A stretch of 56,186 nucleotides of DNA, filler included, from an uncultured Methanosarcinales archaeon (lineage in GTDB: Archaea; Nanobdellota; Nanobdellia; Woesearchaeales; CAZXZL01), in the NCBI GenBank assembly GCA_964645415.1. It is 21 parts of 21 records of this genome, joined end to end, with 100 filler letters (N's around TTAATTAATTAA, not from the genome) between each part and the next. Parts side by side here need not be neighbours in the genome. Positions count along the whole stretch, not along the records: positions 47,609 to 49,338 come from CAZXZL010000075.1; positions 49,439 to 51,163 come from CAZXZL010000076.1; positions 51,264 to 52,898 come from CAZXZL010000077.1; positions 52,999 to 54,560 come from CAZXZL010000078.1; positions 54,661 to 56,186 come from CAZXZL010000079.1; 16 more parts are not named here. One strand, 5' to 3'. Positions 48,353-56,186 of the stretch are shown piece by piece. Each line of letters starts with the position of its first letter. The first letter of the stretch is position 1. The notes beneath the pieces were generated by a model. That model was not told the origin of the DNA and did not search any database. It saw only the letters and a program-made list of their open reading frames with translations. Position numbers and translations under genes: made by a program.

Positions 48353-48431
48353 AAAAAAAGACCCCTTCGAAGCAAATATGCTTCCAAGGGGAGCCCCGCT
48401 TGTTTAACAGAAAGAGAGGTGAGCCCTCTTT
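48353..48431 (-). ncRNA. Candidate structured small RNA
   Basis: GC-rich island with two hairpins, a TATA-like TTTATATA about 25 nt upstream on the minus strand and a T7 tract at the 3' end. Confidence 0.45.
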
Positions 48432-48541
48432 ATTACTGAGTAGTAAGTACTTTTATATAAAGTTTTTTATTAGTTTATTTTTTCTTAATTCTTTTTTATA
48501 TTTCCGTAATTTATAAAAAAGAGATGTTATTATAACATTTA

Positions 48542-49132
48542 ATGAAAATTATTGCCTGGTCAGATATTCACGGAGATTTAGATAGAATAGAAAAGTTACA
48601 TTCATTAGATATTGATTATGATTTATTAATTGTTCCTGGTGATTTATCTATTTTTGAAAGAGATATTATTAAAGTTTTATCTAAACTTTCATCTTTTAAA
48701 AAAGTATTATTAATTCCAGGTAATCATGAAGAAAGTATTGATGTGACTCTTTTTGATAACATTTTTAATATTCACAAAACTTTTTATGATTCTGGAGAAT
48801 ACCGTTTTTTAGGTCTTGGTCATGGAGGTTTTTCTGAGTTTGATCCAAATGCAAAAATATTAAACCCATATGTAAATTCTAAGAAAAAAAATATTTTAAT
48901 AACTCATGCTCCACCTTATGGAACTAATCTTGATATTTTAAATGAAAAACATATTGGTAACAAAACGATTTCTAAGTTTATCAAAAAAAATAAATTTAAT
49001 TTTGTTTTATTTGGTCATTTACATGAAAAAGAAGGTCAAATTGATTTTTTAAATGGAAGTACTCTAATAAACTGTGGAATCCCTTTTAAAATAAATCTTG
49101 ATACTGGTAATTATGAAAAAATTTTAATTTAA
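48542..49132 (+). CDS. Icc-like metallophosphoesterase
   Basis: SDIHG, GDL, PGNHE, THAPP, GHLHE. Confidence 0.92.
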   Translation: MKIIAWSDIHGDLDRIEKLHSLDIDYDLLIVPGDLSIFERDIIKVLSKLSSFKKVLLIPGNHEESIDVTLFDNIFNIHKTFYDSGEYRFLGLGHGGFSEFDPNAKILNPYVNSKKKNILITHAPPYGTNLDILNEKHIGNKTISKFIKKNKFNFVLFGHLHEKEGQIDFLNGSTLINCGIPFKINLDTGNYEKILI

Positions 49133-49135
49133 TAT

Positions 49136-49338
49136 TTAATTTAAAAACTCTCTATCAATTACTATTTTATCCCATGTTGGATATTCTTTTTCTATACAGA
49201 AAATAAAATCTCTATATTCATCAATTAATTCATTAGATAAATATTCAATAATATCAATTCTTGTAAGAATCTTTAATCTTTTTTTATCTAATTCAATTAG
49301 ACTATCTTCAATAAATTTAGATAATTCATCTTTTAATT
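49136..49338 (-). CDS. C-terminal fragment of an unknown protein
   Basis: Open frame from the contig end: KLKDELSKFIEDSLIELDKKRLK...YPTWDKIVIDREFLN*. Confidence 0.5.
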
Positions 49339-49533
49339 NNNNNNNNNNNNNNNNNNNNNNNNNNNNNNNNNNNNNNNNNNNNTTAATTAATTAANNNNNN
49401 NNNNNNNNNNNNNNNNNNNNNNNNNNNNNNNNNNNNNNAAAAATTTGAACTTAAGGATACATGGAAGAAAGATAGCAAAGAAAATTGATTTAAGTCAATT
49501 ATTTTATCAAATTCATATCATAATGTGATAAAA

Positions 49534-50811
49534 TTATTTTTCAAGTAACCAACGCCATACAGGTTTAACTAAAACCATTTTATCTTTATAATTTATTTTA
49601 TCTGTTTGATCAAATGTTAATATTAAACCTTCTTTAAGATTAAATTTTTCCATGGCTTCGTATAATCCTTCAAGTTCACGATTCTTATTATTTTCATTTA
49701 ATTCCCAAGTTACTTGTATTGAATTTATTACTTTCGAATAATCTTGCACTATGAAGTCACATTCTTTTTTACCACTATAATAAAATATTTCGTTAGCATT
49801 TCTTTTTAACTCTAAAAACACACAATTTTCTAAAAATCGACCTAAATTTTTTGAAAAATTGTAGGCTATTTGACTAATAAAGCCTGTATCAATAATATAA
49901 TATTTTCTTGGATTACTGACTTGTTTTTTAATAGAAAAATCATGTTTTTTTAAATCTAATATTAAGTATGAGTCTCGTAAAAAATCTAAGTAATTTTTCA
50001 AAGATGATAAACTCTTAATATTTATACTATTTTTTAATGAGTTATAAGAAGAAATATTTGTAAAATTTGTAACTAAATAATAACTTAATTCTTTGATATT
50101 TTTTGTATTTTTTATATTATTTCTTACAATCACATCACGATTAATTATATTTTCATAATAGTCTTTTAGTATTTTTTTATTATTCTCTTTTAACACTAAT
50201 GGAAATCCTCCTTGTTGTAAATAATCCTTAAAGCTATTTTTTAGAGGAATTAATTTTTCCTGACTTTTCTTTTTGTAATCAATTTTTTTATTTTTTATTT
50301 TTAGATACTCTCTAAATGAGAAAGGAAATAAACTTAATGTGTTTATCCTTCCTGTTAAGTATGTTCCAATCTCCTTACTTAATAAGTTACCATTTGACCC
50401 AGTTATAATTACTTTATATCCTTTTTTATGGAAGTTTAATACTAGTTTATGCCAATTTTTTATTTCTTGAACCTCATCTAAAAAGATATATTTATTTTTA
50501 GAAAAAAATTCTTCAAAATATATCTCAAATAATTTTCCTAAATCATTTACACTATAATCTGTAAGTCCATAATCATTAAAATCTAAGTAATAAATTGAAT
50601 TTTTATTTATCTTTTTCTCCTCAAGTAAATAATCTTTTATTATTTTAAGAAGAACTGATTTACCAGAACGTCTTATTCCACTGATTACAGTAATTAATGA
50701 TGAATTAATCTTTTCTTTAAATTCAACTTCTCTATTAATATATTCTTCAGTTTCAAAGAAATATTCTCTATTTCTAAAAATAATATCCTTTATTTCTTCT
50801 CTCTTTTTCAT
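49534..50811 (-). CDS. AAA-14 ATPase with DUF4143 / C-terminal nuclease-like domain
   Basis: GIRRSGKS, FLDEVQ, ITGSN, LTGR, GGFP, KYYIIDTG, ENCVFLEL, ECDFIV..IQV. Confidence 0.92.
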   Translation of the reverse strand: MKKREEIKDIIFRNREYFFETEEYINREVEFKEKINSSLITVISGIRRSGKSVLLKIIKDYLLEEKKINKNSIYYLDFNDYGLTDYSVNDLGKLFEIYFEEFFSKNKYIFLDEVQEIKNWHKLVLNFHKKGYKVIITGSNGNLLSKEIGTYLTGRINTLSLFPFSFREYLKIKNKKIDYKKKSQEKLIPLKNSFKDYLQQGGFPLVLKENNKKILKDYYENIINRDVIVRNNIKNTKNIKELSYYLVTNFTNISSYNSLKNSINIKSLSSLKNYLDFLRDSYLILDLKKHDFSIKKQVSNPRKYYIIDTGFISQIAYNFSKNLGRFLENCVFLELKRNANEIFYYSGKKECDFIVQDYSKVINSIQVTWELNENNKNRELEGLYEAMEKFNLKEGLILTFDQTDKINYKDKMVLVKPVWRWLLEK

Positions 50812-50842
50812 ATAATTATATAATGATAATAATTTATATTTC

Positions 50843-50898
50843 TTTCGTTGTCAAAGAAAGGTTTTATCTTATTTTTTTCGTTCACAAAGAAAGGTTTT
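50843..50898. promoter_or_regulatory. Two 23-bp direct repeats in the promoter of the AAA/DUF4143 gene
   Basis: TTTCGTTGTCAAAGAAAGGTTTT (50843-50865) and TTTCGTTCACAAAGAAAGGTTTT (50876-50898). Confidence 0.7.
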
Positions 50899-51277
50899 GA
50901 AATTAACTTTGATTATAAAAAATACAATCTCAAAAGATTTTCAATTTGCTCTCAAAGTAAAAATTAACAATAAAAAATCATTTAATTGCCAAACAGAAAA
51001 ATTTTAGTTTTTTTCAGCAATCATAAGTAAATTTAATTCAAACCTATTAAAATAACATCACCATCAACTCATAAACTTATAGGTTTATGGACTATTTGAA
51101 TTTAATATAATTCTCCTAATTATTAACTATTATTATAATCATCTTTATTTTTATTAGATGAAANNNNNNNNNNNNNNNNNNNNNNNNNNNNNNNNNNNNN
51201 NNNNNNNTTAATTAATTAANNNNNNNNNNNNNNNNNNNNNNNNNNNNNNNNNNNNNNNNNNNNTTCTTTTTTTGTAT

Positions 51278-52720
51278 TCATTTTATTTTAATTTTTAATT
51301 CTCCTTTTATATATTGAATTATTATCCCTTCTTTTTTTAAATTATATTTTAAAGTTGATGAATTAATAAAATGTTTATAATGAAATCTAATGAATTTTTC
51401 AATAAAATCTGTTTCCAATTCTTTTCTTATATATTCTAAAATTTCCACTACTTCAGTCCAGTGTCTGTGCAAAAGAAAATCCTTTTTAAAAAAAACAAGT
51501 TTAATATCAAAATCTAAGTCATTAAGTCTCTTAATAACTTCTTTAATTTTTGAAAATTTGTCCTCAAATAAAGTATTATTATGAATATAATTAGCGTCAG
51601 TAATATTTATTAGTAAAAAATGTAAATGTTTTTCATTATAATCTCTAAATTCTTCTTTATTAAAAAGTGAATAAGCTATTTTAATAGGGATTATTTTATC
51701 TTTGGATAGAATATCAACTATTTTTCTGGCCTGAACAAAATAATTTTCTTTTAACTTTGAAAAGTTATCAAAATATTTTATAATATTCTTTGTATCTTCC
51801 TTATGATATGCTACTAAAAACCTAAGCTTATTATCGTCTAAATACTCAGCAAGCTTTTCTCCAAGAGGAGTATTATCTCTTGGAACAGAATAAATATAAC
51901 ATTCACTACCCTCTTTGATATAATGTTTTATCTCTGATAAATCAGGATTTTTAGATTTCAATAAAAAAATTAAATATTCTTCTTGACTAAAATAAGTTTT
52001 GATTATATCTTTATACTTAAAAAAATTTTCAGCATTATAACAAATTTCTCGATTCATATTATTTCTTTTAAGAATTTTTATTAATTGTTCTTTAGTGGTT
52101 ATTCTTTTTATAATTTCGTCCTTGAGACTATATTCAAAATCAGATAATATATCTTCTTCTTCATAACCATAAAAACCAGAGGAATCATAGTAGTCTATAA
52201 GAAGATCGTTTAATGAACTTTCGTTTTTCTCAACATAATCAAGAATTTTAAGAATTTGTTCAAAATTAAGGCAATCTAGGTTTTCTTCAATATTCTCAAG
52301 CTCATTTATTGAAAAATCGTTAATAAAATCATTTACCCATTCATCATAATTTTCTTTTTTCCTAAACCTTATTTTATTAATTAAATCTGGCCTTTCTGGT
52401 ATAATTTTTTCAATTATTTTTATAAGTTCATCTTTAGTTAAGTTTTGAAGGTCTTCCAAAAAATCGTCTGCATTTACGGAACTTCCATTTTTATAAAAAA
52501 AATACGTAGCAACAGCATGTTTACAGTTATAATTATAAGGACATGAACAATCCCCTTCTAGTGTACTAAGGTCAACTTTTGTAGAATAAAGATAACTACC
52601 TTGCACTTTTGCATAAAGTAAATTTTTAATTTTTATACAGGATTCAACATCATCAATATATCCTTTTCCACGTTCTATTACGGCTTCTGCATATCTTTTT
52701 TCTAATTCTAATGTACTCAT
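51278..52720 (-). CDS. SWIM zinc-finger protein
   Basis: RG..Y, AKVQGSYLY, CSCPY...CKHAVA followed by a helical region. Confidence 0.85.
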   Translation of the reverse strand: MSTLELEKRYAEAVIERGKGYIDDVESCIKIKNLLYAKVQGSYLYSTKVDLSTLEGDCSCPYNYNCKHAVATYFFYKNGSSVNADDFLEDLQNLTKDELIKIIEKIIPERPDLINKIRFRKKENYDEWVNDFINDFSINELENIEENLDCLNFEQILKILDYVEKNESSLNDLLIDYYDSSGFYGYEEEDILSDFEYSLKDEIIKRITTKEQLIKILKRNNMNREICYNAENFFKYKDIIKTYFSQEEYLIFLLKSKNPDLSEIKHYIKEGSECYIYSVPRDNTPLGEKLAEYLDDNKLRFLVAYHKEDTKNIIKYFDNFSKLKENYFVQARKIVDILSKDKIIPIKIAYSLFNKEEFRDYNEKHLHFLLINITDANYIHNNTLFEDKFSKIKEVIKRLNDLDFDIKLVFFKKDFLLHRHWTEVVEILEYIRKELETDFIEKFIRFHYKHFINSSTLKYNLKKEGIIIQYIKGELKIKIK

Positions 52721-52998
52721 TTTATTAACCTTAAAAATTTTTGTTATTTACTCTTAAAATCATTTCTTTTAATAGCCCTTTCAAGCCTGTCTATTCCAAG
52801 GATTTTTTTAATCATTTTTTTAGGTTAAGTTATTTACAAATAAATACTTTTTGGAAAATTTTCTGTTATTGAAATTCATTTAATTAATATTAAATGAANN
52901 NNNNNNNNNNNNNNNNNNNNNNNNNNNNNNNNNNNNNNNNNNTTAATTAATTAANNNNNNNNNNNNNNNNNNNNNNNNNNNNNNNNNNNNNNNNNNNN

Positions 52999-53149
52999 GA
53001 GTTATTTTTTTGAAGCCATTTTTAGATGCTAATTCTATATCTTTTTTTATCTCAACTAATGAAGGTTCTTTCTTTTCTCTCTTAGAAACAGAACAAAACT
53101 CACAATCATACATACATTTCTCAGTTATGTGTATCTCAATGGCTTTCAT
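52999..53149 (-). CDS. Radical SAM protein, N-terminal fragment
   Basis: ITEKCMYDCEFC (CxxxCxxC) near the N-terminus; cut by contig end. Confidence 0.85.
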
Positions 53150-53156
53150 TTTAATC

Positions 53157-54206
53157 TTAACTAATTAACTCTTTAAATACGTTTTTAAATAAATTTTGTC
53201 TAATTTTATTCTCTATCTCTTCCACAGAATATTTTTTAGCGTATTTTCTAGCTTTCTCAATTGGAAAGTTAAAATCTTCTTGGTCTATTTTATTTATTAT
53301 CTCTTTAGGCATTTTAATAGACATATTCGCATTCGAAAGGATATGTCTTATAGAATAATACATATTTTTTCCAAATTCTTTTATCCAATCTTTTTTAACT
53401 TTACCTTGATTTTTTTGGCTATTTCTCATCAATATTGTTTTCAAGTTAGAAAGAAATTTTTCAGTTTCAGAATGACTAATCTGAGAATGATTACATAAAA
53501 TAGCAATTTCTTTCGTTTCAGGTTTGTTTAATAAATGGTTTAAAATATCAACAGAAAAATCACCTTCTACTTTTTCAATAATCTTTATCTTATTGTAAGG
53601 AATATCATTTAAATCTCTTGGATTCAAATCATAAAATTCTCTGATGATTACTTTTTGATTCCTGTAATCATATGGCCCATGGATTTCGTTTCCTAATCTC
53701 ATTAAAGTAGGATATATCGTTTCAAGATACATCAACAACAAAGAATTTATCTTTTTAACAGAGCTAATATGATCTTGACTTGAAGAGAAATTTAATTTCT
53801 CAAAAATCACACCCCTATAGTCTTCTTTAAGTTTATTATCGTAATTTAATGATAAAAAATCCTTTTTATAGATCTTTAGAAGTTTAACTATCGTTTCAGT
53901 AAATCTAAACTTAATTGATGGATCTAAACCATTTAATGAATGAAAATATGTTGTGTACTGAGTTATTTTTGCTGGCTTTTCTAAAAGTTTTGCAATATCT
54001 TCTAAACTTATATTCTTTTCTAAATTAATCTGCAATGCTTTTGTGAAATCTTTTATGAATCTTTCAGCAATATAATATTCTGCCTCGTTATTGATGAATG
54101 GCCATAGTGCTGATAAAGTATCTCCTTTCTGTATTACAGCTAAATCGCGAGATAATTTTTCAATATAATTGATTGAATCATTCGATAATTTTAATTTCTC
54201 CATCAT
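53157..54206 (-). CDS. Conserved-looking hypothetical protein (EIHGPY / REFYDL motifs)
   Basis: About 350-aa ORF overlapping the upstream gene; SD GGGTGA before ATG 54206/54203. Confidence 0.7.
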   Translation of the reverse strand: MMEKLKLSNDSINYIEKLSRDLAVIQKGDTLSALWPFINNEAEYYIAERFIKDFTKALQINLEKNISLEDIAKLLEKPAKITQYTTYFHSLNGLDPSIKFRFTETIVKLLKIYKKDFLSLNYDNKLKEDYRGVIFEKLNFSSSQDHISSVKKINSLLLMYLETIYPTLMRLGNEIHGPYDYRNQKVIIREFYDLNPRDLNDIPYNKIKIIEKVEGDFSVDILNHLLNKPETKEIAILCNHSQISHSETEKFLSNLKTILMRNSQKNQGKVKKDWIKEFGKNMYYSIRHILSNANMSIKMPKEIINKIDQEDFNFPIEKARKYAKKYSVEEIENKIRQNLFKNVFKELIS

Positions 54207-54498
54207 TTTCACCCATTTTAACTAACATCCCATCTTCTAATTTATCCATTGCACCTTCAACATTTAAAATTGCAGGTTTTTTTAACTCTCTTGCAACAAT
54301 TGCTAAATGACATAGTTTACCTCCAACTTCACTTATGATCCCTTTTGCGTTAATATAAGCAACCGAATAAAGAGGAGAATTATCCGAAGTCACAACGATA
54401 TGATTTGAATTGACTGATTTTACATCTTCTATACCTTTTATAATTTTTATCTTTCCTTTTACTTTTCCTTTTGAAACAGTATCTCCCTTTAATATCAT
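54178..54498 (-). CDS. Stand-alone PEP-utilising enzyme mobile (phospho-His swivel) domain
   Basis: G..VSKGKVKG, GIISEVGGKLCHLAIVARELKKPAI; SD AGGTGA before ATG 54498. Confidence 0.9.
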   Translation of the reverse strand: MILKGDTVSKGKVKGKIKIIKGIEDVKSVNSNHIVVTSDNSPLYSVAYINAKGIISEVGGKLCHLAIVARELKKPAILNVEGAMDKLEDGMLVKMGENDGEIKIIE

Positions 54499-54660
54499 TT
54501 GATTCACCTAAAAAAAACATCTTTATCAACGATAGATTCTAATATTACTGATTTTCCTTTNNNNNNNNNNNNNNNNNNNNNNNNNNNNNNNNNNNNNNNN
54601 NNNNTTAATTAATTAANNNNNNNNNNNNNNNNNNNNNNNNNNNNNNNNNNNNNNNNNNNN

Positions 54661-54901
54661 ATAATGTTTTTTCTCTTTCATTTAAAATATCATAAGGAGC
54701 ACTTTCAATATCTTCTATATTTTTTGTTTTATAATTAAATTTAACTCTATGTAATCTATCTTTATGTAAATAAAATGAATTATAACATCCTACTTTAGCT
54801 TCTTTATCTGATTCTAAAGTGTTATAGATAAAATCTAAATCCTCCTTTTCATATATTTTATTTAAAAAATCATAATTTTTATTATCTTTTTTATATATCA
54901 T
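54661..54901 (-). CDS. Hypothetical protein, truncated
   Basis: SD AGGTGA upstream; open frame to the contig end. Confidence 0.55.
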
Positions 54902-55070
54902 ATTATCACCTTTTATTGTTGTTACTCTATAGTAACTATTAGATATATATAAAAGTTTCTATAATTATATGATTTTTAATTAGATCTAAATATTAATAAA
55001 CTCCAAAGTTTTTTATTTGACCTAATTTTTATTTATACTAAGTTATATTAATTAATGAGGATGTCTAATT

Positions 55071-56153
55071 ATGAAATCTGATGTTAGTCGTTTTTTAATT
55101 TTTTTTATTAATATTTTAGGATTTATTCTTTTATTAAATTTTTTTTTTGATTCCTTTTCTATTTTAGGTTCTTATAATAATCTCTTAATTTTACTTTTTG
55201 TTATCTGTATTATTTCTTTACCTTTGATTCAGAATAGATCTAATTTAGATAGAATTTTAAGTTTAATTGGACTTATATTAGTTATAAGCAGTACTTTTTT
55301 TAATCAATTTTCTTATTTAGCTATAATAGTATTATTCTATATTATTTTTAAATATATTATCTCAACCTATGATAAAGATGATGAAGAAGAGATTAAGAAG
55401 AAACATAAAAACTTAAATTTAAAAAGTAAGTTTAATGAAGTTTTATCATTAAGTTTAAGTTTTATAAATCCCTTTCAATTATTCCAACAGATAATTTTAT
55501 TTTTAGGAGAATTAATTCTATCATTCAAAAAAACCTATGTTTCAAAAGAAGACTATAAACAAAAAACTGATTTTAATCTTCCTTTTAGAGGTGAATGGTT
55601 TGTAGCAAATGGAGGTTTTACAAAGAAAACCTCTCATTCTTGGAATCTTAAAACCCAGCGTTTTGCGTATGACTTTATTAAAGTTGATAATGAACAAAAG
55701 AGTCATAATTCTTCTGGTAAAGAATTAAAAGACTATTATTGTTATTCTGAACCAATATTATCTCCTGCTGACGGAAAAGTAATTAAAGTTCATGATGGTA
55801 TTAGTGATCATAAAAATCCAGGTAATATGAAAATCGATTTTTTGGCAAGAGATTTTCGTGGTAATTTTGTGATTATTAAACATCAAGATGACGAATATTC
55901 TCTTTTAGCTCATTTGATTCCGGGTTCTATAAAAGTAAAAGAAGGAGAGAATATTAAGAAAGGAAAAAAAATAGGAAAATGTGGTAACTCTGGTCATTCT
56001 ACAGAACCACATCTCCATTTTCAAGTTCAAAATCATCCTAATTTCTTTTTAGGAAATAGTTTACCTATTAAATTTAGTAATTTAAAAGTAAATCAAGAAT
56101 TTTACAAATCTTTTTATATTAATAAAGGATACAAAGTAGAGAATAATAATTAA
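55071..56153 (+). CDS. Membrane-anchored M23-family metallopeptidase
   Basis: N-terminal TMs; SH...QRFAYDF, SPADGKV, GNFVIIKH, AHL, GNSGHSTEPHLHFQ. Confidence 0.9.
   Translation: MKSDVSRFLIFFINILGFILLLNFFFDSFSILGSYNNLLILLFVICIISLPLIQNRSNLDRILSLIGLILVISSTFFNQFSYLAIIVLFYIIFKYIISTYDKDDEEEIKKKHKNLNLKSKFNEVLSLSLSFINPFQLFQQIILFLGELILSFKKTYVSKEDYKQKTDFNLPFRGEWFVANGGFTKKTSHSWNLKTQRFAYDFIKVDNEQKSHNSSGKELKDYYCYSEPILSPADGKVIKVHDGISDHKNPGNMKIDFLARDFRGNFVIIKHQDDEYSLLAHLIPGSIKVKEGENIKKGKKIGKCGNSGHSTEPHLHFQVQNHPNFFLGNSLPIKFSNLKVNQEFYKSFYINKGYKVENNN

Positions 56154-56186
<33 letters not shown>

Noticed and set aside
54519..54529. TTGATAAAGAT on the minus strand resembling the family A unit
   Set aside because: Lies within a coding frame (VDKD) with no other modules nearby; likely chance.

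Overview
This window is not one contiguous locus. It is about 21 short contigs (roughly 1.5-4.6 kb, in decreasing length) joined by 20 artificial 100-bp linkers (44 N + TTAATTAATTAA + 44 N) at 4602-4701, 9137-9236, 13554-13653, 17072-17171, 20450-20549, 23591-23690, 26661-26760, 29539-29638, 32180-32279, 34631-34730, 37065-37164, 39241-39340, 41366-41465, 43484-43583, 45511-45610, 47509-47608, 49339-49438, 51164-51263, 52899-52998 and 54561-54660. Gene neighbourhoods are only meaningful within a contig. The content is that of a very AT-rich archaeon, most likely a DPANN (Woesearchaeota/Nanoarchaeota-like) genome bin: cdc6 plus the PolD small subunit with an ORB-bearing origin candidate, PCNA, rpl15e, NMD3, Dim2/Pno1, AlaX, TtuA/NcsA, ApgM, an archaellin, UvrB and tRNA-Gln(TTG). 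The most striking unexplained signal is non-coding. A modular, apparently circularly permuted dispersed repeat family has at least 11 copies, many exactly at contig breaks. It carries a hairpin with compensatory base changes and tandem TGATAAAGATTG units, and is interleaved with a second minisatellite-like family. Other candidates are a GC-rich structured small RNA, a zincin-nucleotidyltransferase fusion locus, and an operon of a stand-alone PEP-utiliser domain, an unknown protein and a radical SAM enzyme. All family assignments come from motif recognition by eye; no database search was run.
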